Positions 26,149 to 34,342 of a DNA stretch of 64,000 bases are shown piece by piece. The stretch's first letter is position 1. Each line of letters begins with the position of its first letter. Origin of the DNA: Minicystis rosea (GTDB taxonomy: Bacteria; Myxococcota_A; Polyangia; Polyangiales; Polyangiaceae); contig CP016211.1 of NCBI GenBank assembly GCA_001931535.1, positions 4,247,573 to 4,311,572 of the forward strand, given 5' to 3'. A program made the translations under genes and the position numbers. The notes beneath the pieces are model-generated. The model saw nothing but the letters and a program-made list of their open reading frames with translations, searched no databases and had not been told where the DNA came from.

Positions 26149-27606
26149 TCACGTCGCCTTCTTCGAAGCGTCGGTCCGATGCTCTTTCCCCTTGTCCCAC
26201 TCCATGTGGAAGGTGCCCGGCCGGTCGGTGCGCTGATAGGTGTGCGCGCCGAAGAGATCGCGTTGCGCCTGGATGAGGTTCGCCGGCAGGCGCTCACTTC
26301 GATACGTGTCGTAATAGGCAATCGACGCGGTGAGCCCCGGCGCGGGGAGACCGCTTTGGACGGCGCCCATGAGCGTCCTCCGCCAAGCATCCTGTCGGGC
26401 CGCCGCGGCGTCGCGGAAGCGGGCGGAGAGGAGCATGTTGGCGAGGCCCGGCTCCTCGCGGAACGTCTTCTTGATCTCGTCGAGGAACACCGCGCGGATG
26501 ATGCAACCGCCCTTCCAGATGCGGGCAATCTCGTCGAGCTTGATGCCGTATCCATATTGCCGATCGGCCGCCGCGATGAGCGCCATCCCTTGCGCGTACG
26601 AGCAGATCTTGCTGCAGTAGAGCGCCGCCTGCGCGTCGTCGACGAGCCCGGTGACGTCGCGTGCGGAGACGGCTTTGGGCCGCGGCCCCTCCAGCAGTGG
26701 CGCCGCGCGGCCCCGCTCTTCCTTCGCCGCCGAGAGCGTCCGTGCATCGACCGCTGCGGTGATGGTGGGAATGGCGACGCCGAGATCGAGCGCCGTTTGG
26801 GTCGTCCACCGCCCCGTGCCCTTCTGTCCGGCCGCGTCCAAGATGACGTCGATGAGATCACGGCCGCTGCCGCTGGGATCGGGCACGGCCACGACCTTGG
26901 CGGTGATCTCGATGAGGAAGCTCTGGAGCTCACCCTGGTTCCACCGCGAAAAGACGTCACGGAGCGTGCGGTTGTCGAGCCCGCCGCGCAGCCGCAGGAC
27001 ATCGTACGTCTCGGCGATGAGCTGCATGTCGCCGTACTCGATGCCGTTGTGCACCATCTTCACGAAATGCCCAGCGCCCTTGTCACCGACGTAGGTCACA
27101 CACGGCCCATCCTCGGTCTGCGCGGCGATTTTCGTGAGGATCGGCTCGAGGTGCCGATACGAATCTCGATCTCCACCGGGCATGAGGCTCGGCCCCCACA
27201 AGGCCCCTTCCTCACCGCCGGAGATGCCCATGCCGAAGAATTTGATGCCCGTGGGCGCGATGCGCGCGACGCGTCGTTCGGTGTCGAGGAAGTGCGAGTT
27301 GCCCCCGTCGATCACCACGTCTCCCGGCTCGAGCAGCGGGAGGATCTCGTCGATGACCTGATCCACCGGCTTGCCCGCCTGCACCATGAGGAGGATGCGC
27401 CGCGGCCGCTCCAGGATGCGCACGAAGTCGGCCGGCGTGCGCGCGCCCTCGATGCGCTTCCCCTTGGCCTCGGCCGCGAGAAACTGCTCGGTCTTCTCCC
27501 AGGTCCGGTTATGGACCGCGACCGGAAAACCGTTGCGCTCGATGTTGAGAGCGATGTTGCGCCCCATCACGCCGAGCCCGATGACACCGAACGCTTGTCC
27601 CGCCAT
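26149..27606 (-). CDS. gnd: 6-phosphogluconate dehydrogenase (decarboxylating, NADP-dependent).
   Basis: From the internal Met, MAGQAFGVIGLGVMGRNIALN (Rossmann fold) is followed by LLEPGDVVIDGGNSHF, GISGGEEGALWGPSLMPGG, HFVKMVHNGIEYGDMQLIAE and WRGGCIIR. The protein is 485 aa. Confidence 0.9.
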   Translation of the reverse strand: MAGQAFGVIGLGVMGRNIALNIERNGFPVAVHNRTWEKTEQFLAAEAKGKRIEGARTPADFVRILERPRRILLMVQAGKPVDQVIDEILPLLEPGDVVIDGGNSHFLDTERRVARIAPTGIKFFGMGISGGEEGALWGPSLMPGGDRDSYRHLEPILTKIAAQTEDGPCVTYVGDKGAGHFVKMVHNGIEYGDMQLIAETYDVLRLRGGLDNRTLRDVFSRWNQGELQSFLIEITAKVVAVPDPSGSGRDLIDVILDAAGQKGTGRWTTQTALDLGVAIPTITAAVDARTLSAAKEERGRAAPLLEGPRPKAVSARDVTGLVDDAQAALYCSKICSYAQGMALIAAADRQYGYGIKLDEIARIWKGGCIIRAVFLDEIKKTFREEPGLANMLLSARFRDAAAARQDAWRRTLMGAVQSGLPAPGLTASIAYYDTYRSERLPANLIQAQRDLFGAHTYQRTDRPGTFHMEWDKGKEHRTDASKKAT

Positions 27607-27718
27607 GGTGCCCGCCGCATGGAGCCTCGCCCGGCCGATGACAAGCGGCCGCGCTGCGCCCGCATCATCGATCGAGCGCGCTCGGGTTGCGCGGGTCACC
27701 CGCGCTCGGCGCGATGCT

Positions 27719-28654
27719 CTACGCTTCGAGCTTCATCCGCGACCACTCTTGCCCGAAGGTGACGATGCCCGTCTCCTCGGAGATGGCATTGCGCTCCATG
27801 AGCTCGATGTTCTTCACGAGGTCCGGCGAGGGTGGTTTGCGCGCCGCCTCGGTGGAGATGAAATCGATGACGGTCATGAGCGTGCCCTCTTTGGCCAAGA
27901 GGCGATGGAGAAAGGCATGTGCGGGGCAGTGAATGCGGGTGACCGCGCCCTTCGCGACGGCGCTGTCGGCCCCGACGTCCCACGTGAAGGCGCCGGAATG
28001 ATTCAAGAGGTCCAAAGCCTCTTCGATCAAGGTTTGATCGACGGTGAAGACCTCGCTCCCCGTGCGCCTCCGCCCGGCGACGAAGAGCGCGATGTTGACG
28101 AACTTGAGCACGTTCTTCGGCGCCCACTGCCGCGCGAAAGGCACGAGCATCTCCGCGGCTTCGGGGGACCGCCGCGCCACGATGTGGCGAAGGCCCTCGA
28201 TGTACCCTTCCACGAGCTGCACGAGATGCGCGATGGCCACCGCGATCCGCGGCTCCCGCTGATTCCAGCGCAGGCAATCGAGGGCTTCTTGCTGGGTGAA
28301 TTTCTTCATCGGGCTCTGCCGCCGCGTGGCCGCGTCGCTCCCGGCGATGGCTTCATCGATGGTGAAGCCAGGGACCAAATCGGCATGCCGCCCCTCCGGA
28401 AACAGGCGCATCGAGCACGCTTGCAGGACGAAGCGATGAACCATGCCCGTGGGCATGAGCCGTTCGGTGAGCTTGGAGAAGGCAAGCGCAGCGTCGTCCA
28501 CGTCCGCCTGCGTGACGGGCGCGCCCTCGTGCAGGAGCTGGAAGAAGCTCCGATGACACATCGGGCCCATCTCCGCATCGATGGTCGCCGCCGAAACACC
28601 GCGGGCGATCTCGTCCAAGCTCTGCGCCAGCGCTCGACGTGCTTCATTGTCCAC
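27719..28654 (-). CDS. Hypothetical protein (311 aa, cytoplasmic, helical composition).
   Basis: It is a clean ORF with balanced amino-acid composition, sitting between gnd and a lipoprotein gene. I recognise no family. The overlapping plus-strand ORFs are Arg/Gly-rich. Confidence 0.55.
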   Translation of the reverse strand: MDNEARRALAQSLDEIARGVSAATIDAEMGPMCHRSFFQLLHEGAPVTQADVDDAALAFSKLTERLMPTGMVHRFVLQACSMRLFPEGRHADLVPGFTIDEAIAGSDAATRRQSPMKKFTQQEALDCLRWNQREPRIAVAIAHLVQLVEGYIEGLRHIVARRSPEAAEMLVPFARQWAPKNVLKFVNIALFVAGRRRTGSEVFTVDQTLIEEALDLLNHSGAFTWDVGADSAVAKGAVTRIHCPAHAFLHRLLAKEGTLMTVIDFISTEAARKPPSPDLVKNIELMERNAISEETGIVTFGQEWSRMKLEA

Positions 28655-28814
28655 GAATCATCACCTCTGCTGCCCCGAAGCCATCGAGATGGCCGCGGGG
28701 AATGACGTCTTCACGCTCACGATGGGTCACCCGTGACCCTATCCGAAGACTTCGGACCTCAGGAAGCTCGATGTTCTCGACGCTCGCAAAGCGGGATTGT
28801 GGATCCGGAGGACA

Positions 28815-29402
28815 TCAAGGCGCATGCGCTCCTCGGGGAACGACGGTGATGGTGCGTGAAGCGTGCTTGCCCTTCATCGAGGCTCGAAGCGTCACGGTCC
28901 CCGGCTCCCGTGGGGAAGCCGTCTGGATCTGCCCGGCTCCGACGAAGCCCGAGCACACGGCTGCCATGTGCCCACAACGGGGTTGTCTCAAGCCAAAGGA
29001 CTCGGGAGCAGCCCACGCGATCTCCGATCCGAAGTCGAGATCCATCTCCCGCCCGCCGGCGTCATAGCCTTTGAGCCGATACTCGGGCGAAGGCACACTA
29101 CCCACCTCGACCCGATCGGGCCCTTCGATCTCGAGCCTCGCGAGCTCCACGATTTCGAAGGTGATGGTGGAGCTCGGGCAGCGCACCGTCGCCGACCCGA
29201 GCTGTTTGGTGCTGAAGCCTGCGGCGCTCACGTCATTGTGAACCTCGAGCGCGTCCTTGCTCCAGAAGCCCAGCTTGCACGGATACCCGGCACCGGATGG
29301 GAAGATCCCATGCGCGCCGAGCGGCACCCGATACTCCAGCGAGCCGCCACCACATGCCGTGAGCAGCACCAGGAAGAGGGCATGGGGGACGATGCGAGCC
29401 AT
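28815..29402 (-). CDS. Lipoprotein (about 195 aa).
   Basis: The internal Met gives MARIVPHALFLVLLTACGGG, a signal peptide with an LTAC lipobox. The mature part has normal composition. Upstream track codons are not signal-like. Confidence 0.6.
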   Translation of the reverse strand: MARIVPHALFLVLLTACGGGSLEYRVPLGAHGIFPSGAGYPCKLGFWSKDALEVHNDVSAAGFSTKQLGSATVRCPSSTITFEIVELARLEIEGPDRVEVGSVPSPEYRLKGYDAGGREMDLDFGSEIAWAAPESFGLRQPRCGHMAAVCSGFVGAGQIQTASPREPGTVTLRASMKGKHASRTITVVPRGAHAP

Positions 29403-29736
29403 GGGTGAGCCGGATCTCAGCACGAACGCGCCCGCGACGTGAGCCACGTCGGCGCAGCGCTCGTCCGAGCCCGTTCGCCGCACGCTCCCAAACGGGGCTC
29501 ACCAAACGCACGTCGAGCCAACGACCGCGACTGGGCGGTTGCCGTATCGCGCTCTCGAGGCATCCCCATGCCCGGACCACAGCGAATGACGTGGACTCGA
29601 GTCAGCCCGAACCTCCGCCACTTTCGTGACAGAAGGCGCTGACGCAACTTCCAAGACCGACTCAATCGCTACAAGCAGCCATCAATGGCAAGCGCTCGCA
29701 GACATGAATCACGGCTGGCCCCGCCAGCCGGGGGTT

Positions 29737-29754
29737 TGGGGCCGCTTGCGGCCC
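29737..29754 (-). terminator. GC-rich hairpin (GGGGCCGCAAGCGGCCCC on the minus strand) directly 3' of tRNA-Gly; a member of a conserved hairpin family.
   Basis: An 8-bp perfect stem with a 2-nt loop begins 14 nt after the tRNA 3' end. The motif CGCTTGCGGCCCCATCAC recurs at 33476-33498 and 34311-34336. No U-tract follows, as expected in high GC. Confidence 0.4.
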
Positions 29755-29768
29755 CATCACAAAATCAG

Positions 29769-29841
29769 AGCGGGACACGAGGTTCGAACTCGCGACCCTC
29801 AGCTTGGGAAGCTGATGCTCTACCAACTGAGCTAGTCCCGC
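29769..29841 (-). tRNA. tRNA-Gly (anticodon CCC).
   Basis: GCGGGACTAGCTCAGTTGGTAGAGCATCAGCTTCCCAAGCTGAGGGTCGCGAGTTCGAACCTCGTGTCCCGCT folds as a 7-bp acceptor stem, GCTC/GAGC D-stem, TCAGC/GCTGA anticodon stem with loop TTCCCAA, 5-nt variable loop and GTTCGAA T-loop. A GC hairpin follows immediately at 29737-29754. Confidence 0.85.
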
Positions 29842-29966
29842 GCTCTTCGAAGGACCTCATACCCAATCCCGGTCGCTTGCGCAACACCCTTCGCCATCTT
29901 GTTCGGTTCGTTCGAACGTGATGCGGCGGCTGCCCGCGGATGGCGGAGTTGTATTAAGGTCGCCTC

Positions 29967-31280
29967 GTGTCGCTCCGCCGCCTGATCGTCCTCGCGCCCG
30001 TCGCGTTCGCAGCGCTCGCCGGGCTCGCTTGTGGCTCGAAGACTCCGCCCGCCGGCACGCCGGCCGGGCCCACGATGACGTGCCCGCCGCCGATCGGCGT
30101 CGTGCCCAAGGAAGACTGTCACGAGATCTCCGAAGACTTCGGCGCGCTCGACGTCAACGGCGCGCTCCCGCTGGCGAGCCAAGGCAAGGGCGCAGAGCCG
30201 CGCATCGCCGCCATCAAGGCAGTCGGCGCGCTGGCCGCGTCGATCAAGGAGCAGCGGGTCAAGCTCTGCGAGCAGACGCAGAAGTGCAAGGTCTCCGCGG
30301 CCGAGCACGAAGAGCAGGACAAGAAGCTCACGAGCGCGATGCGCTCGCTCATCGATCTCTGGAACAAGCGGCGCTTCTCCGGCACGGACGAGGTCATCCG
30401 CTTCCGCGAAGCGGTGCGCGCGATCGACATGCGGGTCAACGGCAACGACGGCGTCGCCCCCGCGGCCGCCGCCAAGCCGCCGCGCACCTTCAAGGCCGAG
30501 GAAGCGTTCAGCCGCGTGGAGGACGCGGGCGTGGCGTTCCGCGTGGCGGGTACGTCGATCACGGTGAGCGCCACCGCCGCCGGCAACCGCGATGCGCTCC
30601 GCACCAAGGGCGACGCGGTCACGCTCGTCGGCGGGCATCGCTACCGCGTGAAGGTGATGGGTCAGTACACGCCGACGACGGCGCCCGTGATCCAACCGGG
30701 AGACGAGCTCACCGCGCGCTTCAAGTACCGCGCGGCGCAGGCTGCCGATCTCCAAGTCGCGCTGCGCTCGCTCGAGGATCCGGAGGGTGAGGGCGCGGAG
30801 AGCATCCGCGTCGGCGCCGGCGAGAAGAACGCGCGCGAGCTGAAGCTCACCGCCGATCCGCAGCAGACGGGCTTCTTTCTGGGCTTCGCGGTGAAGGGCG
30901 CGCCCGTGGAGCTCGATGACGTCGAGCTGCTCCGCGGCGGCAAGGTGATCTTGGCCGCGCGTGGTGAAGGCGCCGAGGACGCGGGCGTGAAGTCGGAGTG
31001 CTCGGTGTCGAAGGACAAGCCGCTCTCCGGCAAGGGCTCGCTGCAGTGCGCGCCGGGCAACGGCGATCGGCTGACGCTCGGCAAGCCCGAGGGCTACCTC
31101 GTCATCACGCTGCGCGATTCGGCGGGCGAGCGATCGACGCTGCGCACGCTGTCGCTCGCCGGCGGTCGCAGCGTCGACGCCGCGCTGCGCGAGGACGGCG
31201 GAGAGGTGACGATCTCGCTGGTGGGCGCAGGCTCGGCGACGATCGATCAGATCGAGGTCACCGATCTCGGCAGCGGCTGA
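29967..31280 (+). CDS. Lipoprotein (437 aa) of unknown function.
   Basis: GTG start with AAGGT upstream. The signal peptide MSLRRLIVLAPVAFAALAGLACGS has a lipobox AGLAC. Composition is normal throughout, with Cys pairs and a C-terminal beta-rich region. Confidence 0.7.
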   Translation: MSLRRLIVLAPVAFAALAGLACGSKTPPAGTPAGPTMTCPPPIGVVPKEDCHEISEDFGALDVNGALPLASQGKGAEPRIAAIKAVGALAASIKEQRVKLCEQTQKCKVSAAEHEEQDKKLTSAMRSLIDLWNKRRFSGTDEVIRFREAVRAIDMRVNGNDGVAPAAAAKPPRTFKAEEAFSRVEDAGVAFRVAGTSITVSATAAGNRDALRTKGDAVTLVGGHRYRVKVMGQYTPTTAPVIQPGDELTARFKYRAAQAADLQVALRSLEDPEGEGAESIRVGAGEKNARELKLTADPQQTGFFLGFAVKGAPVELDDVELLRGGKVILAARGEGAEDAGVKSECSVSKDKPLSGKGSLQCAPGNGDRLTLGKPEGYLVITLRDSAGERSTLRTLSLAGGRSVDAALREDGGEVTISLVGAGSATIDQIEVTDLGSG

Positions 31281-31425
31281 GAGAGAACCCCATCGGTGAG
31301 GCACGGTACCGCCACGAGCGCTGCTCGTGGCTGGGTCGCCGAGCCATGTGCCGAAGGTGGGAAGTGAGCGCGCGAACGATGGGTCGCGTTCCGGCGCGGC
31401 TCAATCGTTTGAGCTCAAACGATTG

Positions 31426-31953
31426 TCACTCGCCGCCGGCGTGGCGCGCGGGGGCGAAGGCGGTCGGCCACGTGGCGTCGGCGACCAGCTCGAAGGCGGC
31501 CATCGCCTCGCCGACGGCACGGGCGACCTCGGAAGAGGACGCATCCGGCGTGACCCACGGGAGCTCGCGGAGCGAGGCTGCGGAGGCCGGGATCCAGCGG
31601 AGGCTGCGGGTGACGAGCACCACCGGGAGGCCTTGCTTGCGCAGCTCCTGCGCGAGGCGAACACCGCCGGCGGGCGCAGGCGGGAGATCGAGGCAGACCA
31701 AGCACAAATCGAAGCGCGAGGCGGCTGCGGGTGAAGGCGCGTCGATGAGGCTGCCACGCAGCACGTCGCGCGCGTCGTCGACCGAGGGAGACTCGTAGAT
31801 GTCGACGTTGCCGAGCGCGTCCTCGATCGACTCGATGAGCGCGTTGCACGTGGAGGCGGTGGCGTCGTGCGCCAAGAGGAGCCGCCACCTGCGCGCGAGG
31901 CGCGTTCCGGATCCAGGTTCCACGAGCTCTTCCAACTTGTGACCCGTTCCCAT
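31426..31953 (-). CDS. Stand-alone receiver (REC)-like domain protein, probably atypical.
   Basis: From the internal Met (GGAGG upstream of the ATGATG), the sequence RLLLAHDATAS...FDLCLVCLDLPP...LPVVLVT resembles a CheY-like fold. It has a single acidic residue at the first acidic pair (HD rather than DD) and no clear conserved Lys. Confidence 0.45.
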   Translation of the reverse strand: MGTGHKLEELVEPGSGTRLARRWRLLLAHDATASTCNALIESIEDALGNVDIYESPSVDDARDVLRGSLIDAPSPAAASRFDLCLVCLDLPPAPAGGVRLAQELRKQGLPVVLVTRSLRWIPASAASLRELPWVTPDASSSEVARAVGEAMAAFELVADATWPTAFAPARHAGGE

Positions 31954-32303
31954 CATTCCCTCCAAAGCGCGACCGTGATCGGATTGTTCGGGATACGTGA
32001 GCGGCACGAACCACCTGCGCTCGCAACGACGGCGGTCCAGAGCCTCGGATGGTACCAGCCCTTGAGCCGAGCCCACCGACCATTTATAGGGAACCGCGCC
32101 GCGGCTCACCTAGTGGAATGCACGCGGTCCTTCGGCCGACGCGGCGCATCCACGTGGCCGACATCACGGCGATCGTGATGGTCTCATGAGCGTCCCCACG
32201 CGCTACGGGACACGCCTTAGGGCCTAAGGCACGCATCCCGACAGCCAAAGCAAGACGGCACGAACCACGACGTCGGCGAAGCCGGCGCAGAAGCGAGAAG
32301 ACG

Positions 32304-32576
32304 ATGAACCGACTGCAAGCCACGAGCAGGTGCGAGTGCCAGGCGATCCTCACCGCGGTGCTCGACGACAAGCGGCACGTGCTTCAGGGCACGGCGAGCC
32401 GGCTCGGGGCGAAGGAGACGGCGCCCGCGCACAGCATCGGTGCCGATCGCGAGAACTTCGACATCGGCTGGCTCTGCCCGTTCTGCGGTCGCAACACGCT
32501 GCGGACCTTCTCGGCAGGCGCGCTCCGCACGATCGCCGCGAGCGAGCCGGCCGACACCGCCGGCAAATCTGCCTGA
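32304..32576 (+). CDS. Small zinc-ribbon-like protein (90 aa).
   Basis: Two Cys pairs are present: CECQ near the N-terminus and CPFCGRN 45 residues later. It is the only frame in this region with non-Arg-rich composition. Confidence 0.35.
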   Translation: MNRLQATSRCECQAILTAVLDDKRHVLQGTASRLGAKETAPAHSIGADRENFDIGWLCPFCGRNTLRTFSAGALRTIAASEPADTAGKSA

Positions 32577-32696
32577 CGCAACGCAGGGCACGAGAGCTCG
32601 GCCGGCTGCCGCTCCGAGCGAGCCGGCGCCCGCGAGCCGTCATCGAGCGTCCCGTGTACCCGATGAGGCGTGCGGGACGCTCTCCGGCCGATCATC

Positions 32697-32832
32697 GATC
32701 GGTTGGAGCTCGAACGAATCCTCTCACCATCGAGCGCGAAGGACGGAAGGTCGAGATTGTTGGAGCTCCAACGAATCGCGGCGGTGGTGCAGCGCGCCGG
32801 ACGGATGGGAATGTTGGAGCTTCGACGAATGG
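32697..32832. repeat. Three spaced copies (period about 56 bp) of a palindromic element, TTGGAGCTC(C/G/T)(A/G)ACGAAT, whose perfect core is TTGGAGCTCCAA.
   Basis: Cores lie at 32703-32714 (ttggagctcgaa), 32759-32770 (ttggagctccaa, perfect) and 32814-32825 (ttggagcttcga). They are intergenic, between convergent small ORFs. The same core with the same flanks (atcgTTGGAGCTCCAAcga) recurs at 47706-47717 and 47748-47759. Confidence 0.6.
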
Positions 32833-32844
32833 CGGGCAGCGCTG

Positions 32845-33192
32845 TCAGGCCGCGGCCGAGAGGGCGGCGGCGAGGCGGGCAGTGACGGCGGCGCGCGCTT
32901 GGTCACCGGCGCGCGTGCGGAGCCAACGGGCTTGATGCAACGCGCGGGCAGCCTCGTCGACGAGACCCTGACGCGCGGCCTCGGCCCCGAGCAGCGTGTA
33001 CGTACGGGCGCGCCACTCGTCGAGCGCGCAGGCGCGGCGAAGGAACACCAGGGCACCGCGATCATCCCCCTTGCGACGCGCACGACGCGCGCGGGCGACG
33101 AGCGCCTCGACGGGATCGTCCGGCGAAAGCGCGGGCTCCGCGGGCCTCGAATCCATTTGCTGACGCTTCGCCGCTGATCGTCTCCGACTCAT
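32845..33192 (-). CDS. Small TPR-like protein (115 aa).
   Basis: GALVFLRRACALDEWRARTYTLLGAEAARQGLVDEAARALHQARWL looks like a single TPR unit. Composition is moderate but Arg/Ala-biased, so confidence is limited. Confidence 0.35.
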   Translation of the reverse strand: MSRRRSAAKRQQMDSRPAEPALSPDDPVEALVARARRARRKGDDRGALVFLRRACALDEWRARTYTLLGAEAARQGLVDEAARALHQARWLRTRAGDQARAAVTARLAAALSAAA

Positions 33193-33386
33193 GCCCCCAC
33201 CCCCCCAGGAGGCGATGCATCACGTCGGCCAACCTTGGGCAACTTTTCCGAGCACGCGATCGGGGGCTCGATGCGCGATTCGATGCGAGGGTGCGCACGA
33301 AAGGCGCAGGCCGCGCGCTCGAACGTCGCTGACGGTGGAGAAGATCGGGTGCCGAGGTGACGGCGAGACGAGATGGCGCGCGGAGC

Positions 33387-33510
33387 GAGATCAGCGCCGA
33401 CTCGTTCTGTGCGGGGTTCGGGGCCGCTTGCGACCCCATCGTGAGATCAGCGCCGGCTCGTCCGGCGCGGGGGTTAGGGCTGCTTGCGGCCCCATCACGC
33501 GGCGCGCTTG
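33387..33510. repeat. Tandem duplication of a roughly 57-bp hairpin-containing unit at the 3' end of the hydroxylase gene.
   Basis: Unit 1 reads gagatcagcgccgactcgttctgtgcggggttcggggccgcttgcgaccccatcgt. Unit 2 reads gagatcagcgccggctcgtccggcgcgggggttagggctgcttgcggccccatcac. Related copies lie at 34270-34340 and 29713-29760. Confidence 0.55.
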
Positions 33511-34136
33511 GTGTCGTCGCCCATCGTGCCGAAGACCCAGTCCCAGAGCGGGGACGAGACGCCGTAGCGAGCCTCGAGGCCGGTGTGGTGATGGATCATG
33601 TGATAGCGCTTGATCCAACGGCCCCAGCCCGAGCCCATGCGGAAGTGATGCACGGCGTAGTGCGTGCCGTCGTAGGCGAGGTAGCCGATGCCGAAGCCGA
33701 CGAAGAGCGGGTCGACGTAGGTCGCGCCGGCGACGATGCGGAAGAGGATGTAGAAGACGACGCCGAGCGGGATGCTCGCGCCCAGCGGCATCACCAAGCG
33801 ATCGCTGTCCTGCGGGAAATCGTGGTGGACGCCGTGGAGGACGAAGAACATGCGCCGCTGCCACGGACGCGGGCCGCTGAAGTGGAAGACCCAGCGGTGG
33901 AGCGTGTACTCGGCGAAGGTCCACACGAGGAGGCCGAGGAGGAAGAGGCCGACGAAGGCCATCGCTCCGACGCCGGCGCGCACGGCGTGGTACGCCACGT
34001 ACGCGAGCACCGGGAGCCAGAAGACGAAGGGCGTGGCCGGATGGATGCGTGAGAAGCGCTCGATGAGCGGGGTCTCGAACATCTGACACGTGACCGGACG
34101 CGTTGCGTTCGGGCGGTCCTGGACGGAGGCCGACAT
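33495..34136 (-). CDS. Fatty acid hydroxylase superfamily (sterol desaturase/CrtZ-like) integral membrane di-iron enzyme.
   Basis: The histidine boxes are HRWVFH, HGVHHDFP, HYAVHHF and HMIHHH, set in hydrophobic segments. The protein is 213 aa. Confidence 0.8.
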   Translation of the reverse strand: MSASVQDRPNATRPVTCQMFETPLIERFSRIHPATPFVFWLPVLAYVAYHAVRAGVGAMAFVGLFLLGLLVWTFAEYTLHRWVFHFSGPRPWQRRMFFVLHGVHHDFPQDSDRLVMPLGASIPLGVVFYILFRIVAGATYVDPLFVGFGIGYLAYDGTHYAVHHFRMGSGWGRWIKRYHMIHHHTGLEARYGVSSPLWDWVFGTMGDDTKRAA

Positions 34137-34310
34137 GGAGATCGTCCTAACGCAATCGGCGTGTGTCGGCCAGACTTCGTGACGAGGATTCGACGGTGCG
34201 TAGCGGGCTACGCTCGATCACGGACGTGGCTTGGGAGGCGCGATCGGAGTGAGGGCGTAGGCCGGCTTGTCCGGTGCGGGGCTTGGGCGCAGCGTGCTCA
34301 GCGCGGGATT

Positions 34311-34336
34311 GCCCGCCGCTTGCGGCCCGATCGTGG
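34311..34336 (-). terminator. GC hairpin of the CGCTTGCGGCCC family immediately 3' of the kinase/AAA/TPR gene.
   Basis: gcccgccgcttgcggcccgatcgtgg begins 7 nt after the stop at 34343. It is preceded by a second related block, gtgcggggcttgggc, at 34275-34290. Confidence 0.4.
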
Positions 34337-34342
34337 TCATGA

